NCBI RefSeq assembly: GCF_006345805.1
Contig: NC_043015.1
Coordinates: forward strand, 16,368,001-16,432,000
DNA from: Octopus sinensis
Taxonomy: Eukaryota
DNA length: 64,000 bases
Direction: 5' to 3'
Every line of letters begins with the position of its first letter. The stretch's first letter is position 1. Shown in pieces: positions 52,751-64,000 of the stretch. The position numbers and the translations under genes were made by a program. The notes under the pieces were generated by a model. That model made no database searches. It saw only the letters and a list, made by a program, of their open reading frames with translations, and was not told the origin of the DNA.

Positions 52751-54517
52751 ATGGTTCTGCTCTTAGCATTGTTACCTACATAAGTTATATCCCCTTCCTC
52801 TCAACTGTCTTGAAATATAGAAATCTGTAGCCATACTCCTTGTCACAAAGATTTAACAAACTGCCTTATCACACTTGTCTCTAGCATCATATGATCGAAA
52901 CTGATGTCTTCCAGCTACACTCACAATCCAAAATCTTGTCACCATTAATTAAGTGCATGAATAGCCTGACTGACAGGAAACTCTTTCCAATACACACCAA
53001 TGCTCTTTAACAAAAATGAAGTTACTGCTGTTTAATGCAACAATATTTTCAACTCTGGTTATGTTGACTGCAAGGTTTCACTACATCTCCTGTCTTATTC
53101 TTCCGTTTCCTTTTATGTTACTTCAAACTGTATATATTTCAACATGACAACCATTGCCTAGTGTAAAAACCTCTTAAATGTGCATCTGCTTTGGAGATAA
53201 AATTTTGCAATAGTCTTTATATTTTTAAACTTAGCATATGCAAACTATTCCACTTAAAACAGTTGATCTTTTCTCTTTTTGTACTTTATTACATCCACTC
53301 CTAAAACACTTTGTTCAAGAAAAGATGAAAATGGGGATAAGGACATTTAGTGAAAACCTAGCTCATAATTTATTGTTGAATGTGTATTGTTTGTAGACCT
53401 AGGTAATAACACAAGCTGTTCATCCTTCTTAGCCTGCTTTTGCAAACCTGATTCAAACTAAAGTATTGGAACTTGAAATCAGTATATGTAAGATAAATTC
53501 ACTTCTTTTTATCCAGTATTTTTCTTGCAAGTGTCTCATTATCAGGAATGGTAACCATCTTATAACATACAGCTAACTGTTATTGAATATGTCTACTTCT
53601 CAGCTCACATATACTTTCTCTCATGTTTTGAGAACATTCAAGCATCTACACATCCCTCTAAATGAAGCTTCTCTCTCTCTCCCTCTCTCTCTATATATCT
53701 GTTAAGTTTGTTTACTATTAATTAGTATAAAGAATGTATTTGTTATTAGGTATTTATCTCATTTGTTCATCTATCAGTTCAGTTCACTGATTTTTGACAG
53801 AATAAAGCCAGCCTTATATTCTTTTAATGGTTTCTATGAGACTGTAAGCAGAATCTAGGATCTATCTCTAAATTCTCAGTGGGCATTATTTCCTCCCTAA
53901 TTTGTAAGGAAAAGTTATCACATTACATTTTAACATGATGATGATAGTATATATGGGTTCATAATTTTCAAAATGTAATATTGAAACTTTGTACTGAATA
54001 CCATCTTATTTTTGAGGCCAGAATAATGATATTGGTCAAATCAGTTTTATAAGAAGTATTTGTTTTCTGGAGCATTTATTATCTATCATTTTGAGTTGAA
54101 AACTTTTGTTCCAAATACGATTCTAGTCAGTCTTCTATTTATGTCAGAGAGCAATTAATAAAACAATATTCCTAAAACAGAATTTTACTTTGCATCCTTT
54201 TGGTTTTTGGAGAATTGTTTCTATTCTTTCTATGACCTGTTCCAACTTTTCCATCTCTCATTCTTCAGAAAATTATCAACACTATTTTTGAGAGCATTTA
54301 CTAAATTCTTTGCCTCTATCTTGCAAGATATTATTTTGGTTACAGCTGATTCTTCTTGGAATAGTGCATTATTCTTTTACTCATTTCAGCCATGTGACTG
54401 TGGTCATTCTTTTATTTTATTTTGAATTATCTTCATTTGATTTTTTTAAAGTCCATTAAACAATTATTTTAGAATATGAAAATTTACAGTCAGTTCTTAA
54501 ATCCTCTTTTATTTTAG

Positions 54518-54683
54518 CTTGTTCTTGGAATCGTTCACCAAAAAGTCCTCATGAGTTTGTTTTCCTGTCACCCTCTCCCAATTCTCTTCAAGGCCGATCT
54601 CCCCAACAGATCTCTTGTAATTCAACCCCTCGGCTGAAGCACAGCTGTACAAAGTCACCAAGCACACCTCTTGATGGTGACAG
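54518..54683 (+). CDS. CDC20: CDC20/Fizzy-like exon: SP/TP-rich N-terminus leading into the C-box
   Basis: ttttattttag|CT TGT...GAC AG|GTAAGC. Single open frame CSWNRSPKSPHEFVFLSPSPNSLQGRSPQQISCNSTPRLKHSCTKSPSTPLDGDR. Joins in phase 2 to give DRFIPQR. Confidence 0.85.
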
Positions 54684-55739
54684 GTAAGCTTTTATTTTCA
54701 AATGCATATGCCATTCTTAAATGGCCCAAGAGTGAGTGATCAACACAAGCTAATAGAGAAGCAAGGCTGGAGGTGGCTAAGGAGATGGAAAGTTATGTTT
54801 TCAACAGGTCACTAATATGTCATTATAGCTACTTAAGTCTAGTAATTTGGTTAAAAATTAACCCACTTTGGTGTAATTGTGTTAACAACTATGCATTTTA
54901 CAGCAGATACTCTTCAAATCACACAACCAATGTTGTCTTCAATATTATAAATATTTATGTATAATACACTTTGAATACTGTGTGTGTCATTTCAGTTATT
55001 TAATTTAGGCATTCAAAAGTCAATGTTACAACTTTCTTCTGTTTTCTGTATTAGATTATGTAATGTGAATGGCAAAAATTTTACGACAGGACACTTTTTT
55101 AAATTATTTAACGTTTTAGAGTGAATGGAATAAAGACAGTTAAATGAGACTAATAGAGTAATTTAGTTCTTGATTTATGAGAGGTGATGAGGATTATGAA
55201 AGACTGAGAGCCTAAGAAAGGACACAAGGTTTGTCAGAGAAGTGAATTATTTTTGTTCATATATTTATATTTATCTATCCATCCATCCATCCCTCCCTCC
55301 CACCCACATAAATTCCATTTAATCATAGGATTTCTAATCTCTATTTTGTATTAGTACCAATTTTTAATATTTCTAAAAAATTTTTTCTTTTAGCAGTCAA
55401 ATAAAGAAATTGTATAGAAAGATTTGCATTAATGCAGATCTGTCCACTCCTTGCTAGTTTATTGAACATTAAACCAATAACCACGATAAAATGTATAATT
55501 CGTTCCAATATATTTTACTAGGATTTGTTAATTATCATTAGGATATTAGCATAAATTTTTCAATACAATTATGTTACATCAGCATGCCTACCAAATGGTA
55601 CCTAGTGCATAATAATAATAATAATAATAATAATAATTGTGTACAGTGCTCAGGTGCATCCCTGTTATGATATAGTATTTGGTGTTTTTGAACGAAACTT
55701 ATATAATATGTTAGTCTTTAACTACACTTTATTTGGCAG

Positions 55740-55921
55740 ATTTATACCACAGCGTTCCGCTACAGATACTGACCTTGCCCATTATATGATCGTCAAGAAT
55801 GAAAACCTCCAAGGTGAATTCAAGACAAAGTATAATGATCAACTAAATACAGTTTTACTAGATGGGAAAAATCCAACCAGTGATAAAGTTTTATCATTCA
55901 CTTGTAAAAAGCTAAATTTTG
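55740..55921 (+). CDS. CDC20: CDC20/Fizzy-like exon: C-box and Mad2-interacting-like motif
   Basis: tttggcag|A TTT ATA CCA CAG CGT...TTT G|GTAAGT. Peptide (R)FIPQRSATDTDLAHYMIVK...SDKVLSFTCKKLNF; compare human CDC20 DRYIPHRSAAQMEVASFLLSK and KILR. Confidence 0.92.
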
Positions 55922-56124
55922 GTAAGTTTTATGACCACTTATTTAGTGCGCCACATATAATGCTTGGAGTTCTTGCATTTGTTTGTAACATGTCAGACAA
56001 AATGCTTAGTTAAAATTCTGCTGAGGTCAACTTTGCCTTTCATTCCTTTAAGGTTGATAAAATAAAGTACAGTCAAGTACTGAAATGATGGTATCATCTT
56101 GCCCACTTCCTTCAAAATTGTTGT

Positions 56125-56216
<92 letters not shown>

Positions 56217-56228
56217 ATATATATATAT

Positions 56229-56520
56229 GTGGAGGCGCAATGGCCCAATGGTTAGGGCAGTGGAGTCGCAGTCGGAGGATCGTGGTTTCGATTCCCAGAC
56301 CAGGCGTTGTGTGTGTTTATTGAGCGAAAATGCCTAAAAGCTCCACGAGGCTCCGGCAGTGGGTGGTGGTGACCCCTGTTGTACTCTTTCGCCACAACTT
56401 TCTCTCACTCTCTCTTCCTGTTTCTTGATTAACGCTGCGATGGACTGGCATCCCATCCAGCTGGGGCGAACACATACGCCACAGAAATCGGGCCCATGAG
56501 CCTGACTAGGCTTGAAAAGG
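56229..56520 (+). mobile_element. tRNA-derived SINE with Deu/Nin-like central domain
   Basis: Head GGAGGCGCAATGGCCCAATGGTTAGG..GGTTTCGATTCC and body GCGATGGACTGGCATCCCATCCAG. Related decayed copies near 20805-21030 and 62600-62820. Confidence 0.6.
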
Positions 56521-58048
56521 GCAACGTTTATCATTTTATATATATATATATATATAGGCCATTACAAACTTCCGAGTATTACTGCTCTAAAGTTTTAGAG
56601 TTTTCTTCTTTTCAAATTTATGAACTACAGACTGATTCTTCATGCCACCTGGTCACAGAATGTTTTGCAATAGGCCACCACATGGTTTTTGTTCTATAGC
56701 TGCACCACTGGCTGTGCACATATACATAGTTACAAAAGTTACTCTTTTTACTGACATGGATTTATACAAACTTGGTTACTGAGTTAAAAATAAACCTGCA
56801 CCATCAAACAAGCTCTACACGAGGATACTGTTGAAGAGATGGAAGGCATACTTCTATGACCAAGCCACACTACCCTCAAAGGCTTACAATATCAAATAAA
56901 GGAGGATCCCATCCAGGATCAAAGACCTTGAAGCCTTCAAAGCAGACCTGCTGGGCATCATCCCCAAACAAATTCTCTAAGTCCTCCAGCTCTTTTCAGC
57001 ACAAGCTCTCTTCCAATTTACATCTGCTAAAAAATTCAGATTGAGCTTTACTCTTCTCTGACAAAACAAAAAGCTTATATAGGATAGGCTTTTAGAGAAT
57101 AGCATCACACAGAAATATACATGAACTTCTCCACACACATACAATAGTATAAACAACGAAGCCAAACAGATAGCAGGCAATCTAGGGATAGCCAATAGGG
57201 TCAAAGCATTAGCTAAGTGAAATACCTTTTTTTCCCATCAAGTACCACAAACCAGACTTTGCCTCTAACCCCAAATGCCACTTGATTAACCCAGCTAAAT
57301 CAACAACGACATAAGTGGGGCATCCAATCTCTCCTTATGCATAATACCAATGAAGTTATTCCATAGTTTAAGGCAAACTAGGGTAGAGGCAGGACAAGAC
57401 TCACCCTATTTGATATAGTAGATTTTTATCTGTGTATATCTAATAGGTTCCTGGTTAAGGTTCTTATGTTCACTCAGAATTTTACTGACATTAGTGTTAG
57501 GGATATAGTTGTAATTATGCATGCTAGGAAAATGCTGTTCAATAAAGGTTCGACTTGGGTTAAGCAAATTGATCCAGCAGGCCCCTTCGATGTAGTGATG
57601 AGAGCATTCAACAGCACAATTACCTGTGACTTCATAGAATTTAATATACTGGACACATTAACAAAGAGGTTCCCGTCAGTCCTTTTTGGTCTATTCAGAG
57701 ATGACATTTTAGCCATCTCTAAGGTGCTAACAGGCATACTCTAGATAGGTTTAGGAAGGCCCTAATTCACTTTCCAATCAATTAATTTTTGGTTTATTCT
57801 TGTAGTTTAGAGAGTTATGTTGTTCTTATTGATTATGTTTGCAGGGGAAGGGATTAGTTAATCGAATTGATGTAAATATGTCACTGGTACTGGTACTTAT
57901 TTTACTGAAACCAGAAAGCTAAATGTGAATTAATTCTAGTGAATCATCAAACTCATAATGAACCACGCAATTATTACGTTTAATATAGCAGATCAAAGCC
58001 TTATGAGGGAATTTGGGACATGGAAACTGAAAGAAGCCCATCATATAT

Positions 58049-58091
<43 letters not shown>

Positions 58092-58113
58092 GCAACAAAG
58101 TTAAAGTCTGGTC

Positions 58114-58179
58114 ATAGAGTGACCAGTGGTTTCGCATCCATGAAAGCTGCAGCTTTGTGGACAGTTCATCAGACTCTAT
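58114..58179 (-). ncRNA. Type I hammerhead ribozyme motif
   Basis: Minus strand reads ATAGAGT-CTGATGA-A-CTGTCCA-(C AAAGCTGCAGCTTT CA)-TGGATGC-GAAA-CCACTG-GTC-ACTCTAT. It has a 7-bp perfect stem I, an intact CUGAUGA/GAAA core, a GUC triplet and a short near-palindromic stem III. The base of stem II is imperfect. Confidence 0.75.
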
Positions 58180-58373
58180 ACAAAGACAAATTTAACTCTT
58201 CACTTCTTGGAGGTGGAAAGCTGTTAGAGTGAATTGGTCAAAAAGTCCGGCTTTGATGAGATGGGTTATCTCCCTTAGACCAGGTATTTGGGAAATAGGA
58301 ATCCATTTCTTGGCCTGCTAATGGACCCTAAGGAATCTTACGAGCTTAATCAGCAAACAGGAAATCCCAATTA

Positions 58374-58758
58374 CAGTAGAACCTTGCAGTACAAGTGCAC
58401 CATTGTATGAGTAATTTGCTGTATGAGCCATGACTCATGCAAATTTTTGTCTTGAAGTACAAGTGGAAATCTCCATTACAAGCACACAAATTGTCCCATC
58501 TTTAAGGTAATTCAGTTAATAAAACTAGTTCACATGTTTCTTTTGCATTCTCTCTTTTATAATTGTCATTTTACTTGTAATTACACCTTTTCTGTTTTAA
58601 AACCCATAAAAAATTATTTTTGAGTGGTTTGTTGGGGCTGGAACAGATTAACTATATTTTAGTTAATTTCAATGGGGAAAATTGATTTGTAAAATGAGTA
58701 AATCATAAGACAAGTTCGATCATGGAATGAATTAAACTCCTATTGCAAGGTATCACTG
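58374..58758. mobile_element. pogo/Tigger-type non-autonomous DNA transposon (MITE)
   Basis: TIRs CAGTAGAACCTTGCAGTA / TATTGCAAGGTATCACTG flanked by TA on both sides (58372-73, 58759-60). Confidence 0.75.
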
Positions 58759-61059
58759 TATGCATACGTGCGTGTGTATATATATATAGGCGTGGCTGTG
58801 TGGTAAGAAGCTTGTTTCCCAACCACATGGTTCTGGCTTCAGTCCCACTGCGTGATACCTTGGGTAAGTGTCTTCTACTATAGCCTCAGGCTGACCAAAG
58901 CTTTATGAGTGGATTTGGTAGATGGAAACTGAAAGAAACTCACTTGGCCTTAAGATTACAATTCAGGCCAATCTTTGCATTGTTAACTTTTTAGTTGTTA
59001 TGCTAGACCTGGGTACCTGTTCTTACAAGCCCTACCACAACCCAAATGAAACGCTGTCATATATTAATACAGCTTCGTGTAACCCACCTATTGTGTTCAA
59101 CACCCTAATGAAGGGTGTCTGTTAGAGGATTTCAAATCTGTCCTTGAGTAAAGAGATTTTCGGTGCCATATTACAATGAGGCTTTGGCACCCAATGAGTT
59201 TAAAGACTGCATCTCCTATATGCCAAGTCCTAACACCCATACAAGGAAGTACTACTGTAAAGTCATTTGGCTTGCCCCATCCTTTTCATTTAACATCAAG
59301 ACCTGCATGAGAAAGATACTCCTTAGATTAGTGAACAAACACTTCATATAGTCACATAAATACAGACGTTTATTTTATAGATGCAACTAAATGGTCTCTT
59401 TTGGTTGTCTACTCAGCATTAAAAAAATATTAGTGAATACACTTAAACCCTGCACAGAATTAGGATGCTCAAGCATGATTAGCAATGAGTGCCCAGTAGG
59501 AGTGGGGAAGATTGATGCAACTCCAAAGCTGTGGTCTTTGAAGCTGAGGTGGCGTCCAGCAATAATGGTAGCAATGCATCAAGCAGTAATGACAACAACT
59601 ACAGCACTAGCATCACATCCAGCAATAACAGCAACACATTTGGCAGTAACACAGCAGTAATTATGACAACAACAACAACTACAAAACCAGCACAAGGGCA
59701 CAGGCACAGAAATATGTTGGAACCACAGAGGGTTTATTCAAGCATCATCTCAATCATCACAGGTCCTCTCTTAGGATACCAGAGAGGTGCAACATCATGT
59801 TCTTGGTCAGCTGCGTATGGCAAATAAAAGAGATGGGCACACTGTACATAATTAAAAGGAAACTCCTAGAATAACTGGGATTGTACCTCAGTGGAAGCAA
59901 GTGTTGTAAGCTTTGCTTGGCTGAGAGAGCAAGAATCCTGAGAAACTTGCTTAACTCAGGAACCTTCTGAAACTCAAAAAAAGGAAACATTTAGTAGATG
60001 TCCTTATCAGAGGAAATGTGTATTGGAAACATCAAATTCCTCATTCACCAACTAGGGAAAAGTAATTGTCCAAACACAGCCCCTTTTAGATGCAGCTGGA
60101 ATCTAAAGAGTATAACTCTATCTCTCCCAGAAGTTTTGTTGTTTTGTAGAATTTAGTGTCAGGATTTTTTTCTATAACCCTAATTGATAACCCATTGCAT
60201 AACACCTTGGGCTAGTGTCTTGTACTATAACCCTGAATTAATCAAAATGTATTGAGTGGATATGAAAGACAGAAACTGCAAGAAGCCTTTCATATGTGTG
60301 TGTCTTTGTCTTGATATCACACATTAGTTATAAACTAATGGCACGTCACTTCAGTGTTGTTCCTTCCAGTCTCTTATGATACTATGTCCAACCATGAGGA
60401 AACATTTCCTTACTTAAAAACAGGTGAGTGTTGGCAACAGGAAGGACATCATCATCATTTAATGTCCATTTTCCATGTTGGATGGTTTGACAGGACCCAA
60501 TGAGCTGCAATGCTACACTAGCTCCAAATATGAGTATAGGCATGGTTTCTCTTGCTGGAGAGGGGATAAGGTGAGAGAGATAGAAGTGGCTCAAGGAGTG
60601 GGAGAGATCAGGTCAAGAGATAATGTGCAAGGTGTAGGAGTAATGGGAGGGAGATTTAAGGATACATAAGGGTGGCTATAATGAGTGGGGCTTGATGACA
60701 AATATGAGAGGGTATTGAGAATGAAAGCTGGTGTGTAAAATGTTAAATGGAATATGGGAGTGAAGAGAGATAACTGAAGGGATTGAAAGGAGGTGATTAA
60801 TGAAAATAGTAGAAGGGGAAGGTAGGATAATGAGAATAAAGGAGAGAAGTGGTTCCAGCATGAGGGAGAAAGGTAACTGATAGTGTAAAGGAGCAGGTGA
60901 GTGATTTGTACTGATTCTGCTTTCAAGTGGTTACAGCTGCCAAGTAGTACCATAGATAGAGGAGCGATGATTAGGTGTTAGAGAAATGAAATGTGGGGAA
61001 TGCTTGACAGGGCAGAATGGGTTATAAACATGAACAAAATGCTTTTAGGACACCATTCT

Positions 61060-61270
61060 TGGCTGTGAGTACAGTGAATCATCAATCACTTCATTCCTTT
61101 GAGATCTCCTTTGTGAAGCTCATCATCTTGAAATCAGCTTTCACTACTTTGTCCCAGCTCTTCCTGGGCCTCCCTTTTTCACAAGTTCTATCCTTTTTAA
61201 GCATCTGGCACTTCTCTATGTAGTTGTTCTCATCCATACACATCACACGACCAAACCAGTGCAATCTTCT
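61060..61270 (-). mobile_element. RTE-type LINE 3' end fragment
   Basis: Minus frame RRLHWFGRVMCMDE...GRPRKSWDKVVKAD. Confidence 0.65.
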
Positions 61271-63124
61271 CTCTTACACACTACATCTGATTTCTCTAAT
61301 TCTTTCTTTTACTTGTTTCAGTCATTTGACTGTGGCCATGCTGGAATACCACCTTTAGTTGAGCAAATCGACTCCAGGACTTTTCTTTGTAAACCTAGTA
61401 CTTATCCTATCAGTCTCTTTTGCCAAACTACTAAGTTACAGGGACATAAACACACCAGCATTGGTTGTCAAGCAATGTTGGGGGGACAAACACTGACATT
61501 CAAACATATACACACACACATATACGACAGGATTCTTTTAGTTTCCATCTACCAAATCCACTCATGAGATATGCTAATAGCATTGGCTATTTGATTTATA
61601 GTCAATTGCCTGTCATCCATCAGCATGTGGTGAACATGATCAATGTTTCTAATCCTTCAATCCCACTGCCCCCTTCTCATCTCTCCTCTTTCCACGTGAC
61701 TGGTGTCCAGCCAGCCATGATCTTTCTTGGCCTGACTGCCAACTGCCAACACCTCTTGTGTCCATCTCCCATGTTCCTGCCTTTAGGCTTTCACTTCATA
61801 CATGCCAGCTCAATTTGATTCATTATCAGTAGAAAAACACCTATTGTTATTTTTTGTTGTTTGTATCCGTGATCAACCAGTTCAAAGCCACATGTACATG
61901 TGGTGAACATGATCAATGTTTTCCTCAGTGGTGGCAGTTGCAGGACATCCAGATGTTGAGTCATCTTCATGACTCTCCCTTCCTCTGTTTAATTCAGTTT
62001 CCCACATTTGTACTGTTGATAAAACGAGAGCATCATCCCCCATTGTTGCAACCATGGCAGCATGAACGTTGTTGGGGGCTAAACCATTTTTCTCCAGGTA
62101 CTTGATAACACCATGATGCCAAATTTAGTCCATTTTCAAGATGTGAGTTTACCTGGAAAGAAACAATACAGGTTGAAATTAATGCATGTAAGATTTCACA
62201 GCTCTAGCATCCTTTATAGACAGCCTATGAACTTTTCAGCCTGCTCCCGAACACCTGTCATTGGGTATGATACCTTCCTGTACAACCTGATTAACTAAAT
62301 GGATAACTAGGCTATAGCCTAGTTATCCATTTAGTTATCCTTCTCTAACATATTTTAAGTATCTCAGTGATAATTCCTGATGGACCTGGGATTTTCCCTG
62401 TCTTTATATCCTTAATTCCCTTATCTATCATAATACTGTGAGTTAGGATAGCTGGGTTATTCTGTTGAGTTCACATCAGAAAGACTCTCTTTCTCCCAGA
62501 CAGAAAAAATTGGGCATAAGAAGCATCAGACATAGTGTGCAAGAGAGAATACTGCACTGGTATGGTCATTGATGGGTTAAATGTAGAATCAGAAAGATGA
62601 TTGTGGAGGCACATAGTTTAGTGGTTAAGGTGTTGGATTCATGATCATAAGATTATGGTTTTGATTCCTGGACTGGGCAATGCATTGTGTTGTTGAGGAA
62701 AACCCTTCATTTTACATTGCTCCAATCTCCTCAGCTAGCATCCTGTGATGAACTGTCATCCCATCTAGGGAAGAATATATATGTGCCAGAGAAACCAGGA
62801 AACTGGCCCTATGCTCTTTATGGAGTAATCTGAACTAACTAAGATCATTGTACCAGTATAAATCTTCACCAACTTCCTTGAATTTTTTTATCTAGAATTT
62901 TTAATCATATGCATAGGGATCAACTATGGCTTAGTTATTTAACTAGCACTTTGCTTAATCCTACTCTTGTGGTTTTTATTTTGTAAATTGAAACTTTAAA
63001 ATGAATTATATCCAGCCTTTTAATATATCTAATGAATTTCACATAGACTGTTACACATATAACAGATAATTTTGTTGGCCTTCTTTACAATCTCTTGCTT
63101 TAATGAACATGTCCTATTTTCCAG

Positions 63125-63250
63125 GATGTCGTAAAAGTCTTCAAAATCTGTACAAAAACAAAGCAAATTCTCCATGTAAAACAGCCACTCGTGAAATTAA
63201 TCAAGATTGTGATCGCATCCTTGATGCTCCTGACCTTATTGATAATTTTT
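63125..63250 (+). CDS. CDC20: CDC20/Fizzy-like exon: start of WD40 region; gene continues right of the window
   Basis: ttttccag|GA TGT...TTT T|GTGAGT. Peptide GCRKSLQNLYKNKANSPCKTATREINQDCDRILDAPDLIDNF; RILDAP is diagnostic of the CDC20 family. Phase 1/1. Confidence 0.93.
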
Positions 63251-64000
63251 GTGAGTATTCTTTTAACTTCTTTAAAACAAATTTTTGTTAAAATCAGTCA
63301 ATAAGCATTAACAAGTATGGCTTACAAGTTCTGTCATAGAAGGTGCCACTTTGGCAAAGTGTCATCTATTGTGGCCTCACTTCAACCTTGAGAGTGAAAT
63401 TTGGCGTGAAACTCTGTAAGCCCATCAGAATGGCTGTTTTTTTGCTTTTTTTTCTGTGCAGAAAGGAGTATGGAAGAAATAGAAGAAAAGAAGGGATAAA
63501 TATCAGTGGAACAATAAGTGGGAGTGAGTGAGCAAGTGAGCATCATATGTGGTGAGATGAGAAATATGAACAGCTGGATGAGTTTTAAAGTGATTGAGAT
63601 GATGAATGCTGGTGGAAAGATGGACACAAGTATATTGAAGAAGAGGGATCAATACAGTCTCTTATACATAGACCTACTTGAGGGGATTGTGGTAGAGTAA
63701 TGGAGATGGTATGCAGCCAGTTTTTTATAGTTTGCAAGCTTCACAGGAGATCAGTAGGATGCTAAGAAGGGGTTCAAGGGTTGCAAAGTGTAGCAATACA
63801 TTGCCTAAACAGTTGCAATAAATTGTTCAGTCATTCCTTATAGCTTCATAGCGAGGCAAAATTATTTTACAACTATGTATTTTTTTTTTCGTGTAATTAT
63901 CTTCTAGAGCTATTTGTTTTCCTTCACCAGTATTGCTCCAAAGCAATATATTTACAGAACTAACTGATTGTACATAATCTTATAGGTTAATCTCAAATTA

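Larger units (their letters stand above)
56790..60010 (+). mobile_element. Decayed Penelope-like retroelement (N-terminal region, RT, GIY-YIG endonuclease), interrupted by later insertions at about 57777-58939
   Basis: Fragmented frames: RWKAYFY; DIVDFY...IMHARKMLFNKGSTWVK...FDVVM...GLFRDDILA; LGLKITIQANLCIVNFL..LDL..YKPY; KVIWLAPSFS; KYVGTTEGLFK...CKLCLAER. These match PLE RT and GIY-YIG motifs, with many stops and frameshifts. Confidence 0.85.

Overview
AT-rich, repeat-dense eukaryotic DNA. The SINE, MITE and LINE repertoire points to a coleoid cephalopod, probably Octopus (inferred from recalled repeat families, not a database search). Two cell-cycle genes lie head-to-head about 1.1 kb apart. 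The first is the 5' half of cohesin subunit SA/stromalin (STAG1/2-like, minus strand). It has 7 coding exons between 25390 and 1442 with consistent GT-AG phases, about 389 codons, and continues left of the window. The second is the 5' part of a CDC20/Fizzy-family APC/C activator (plus strand; C-box DRFIPQR, KVLSF Mad2-binding-like motif, RILDAP start of the WD40 region), which continues right of the window. The introns are packed with decayed transposons: three two-LTR Gypsy relics plus a Gypsy integrase fragment, piggyBac, hAT, Tc1/mariner, pogo and Merlin-type DNA elements, CR1- and RTE-type LINEs, a Penelope-like element and several tRNA-derived SINE families. The most interesting unannotated signals are RNA-level. 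A near-canonical type I hammerhead ribozyme lies at 58114-58179 (minus). A three-copy family joins a tRNA-like Pol III head to a minimal Penelope-type hammerhead core and is inserted with inverted partial duplications. Other points: an N-terminal hydrophobic-Pro-x-x repeat extension on SA, a divergent CDC20 N-terminus, E2F/CHR/CCAAT motifs between the genes, a four-level nested transposon stack, and a CpG-retention footprint around the promoters. No CRISPR array, rRNA or genuine tRNA gene was seen.
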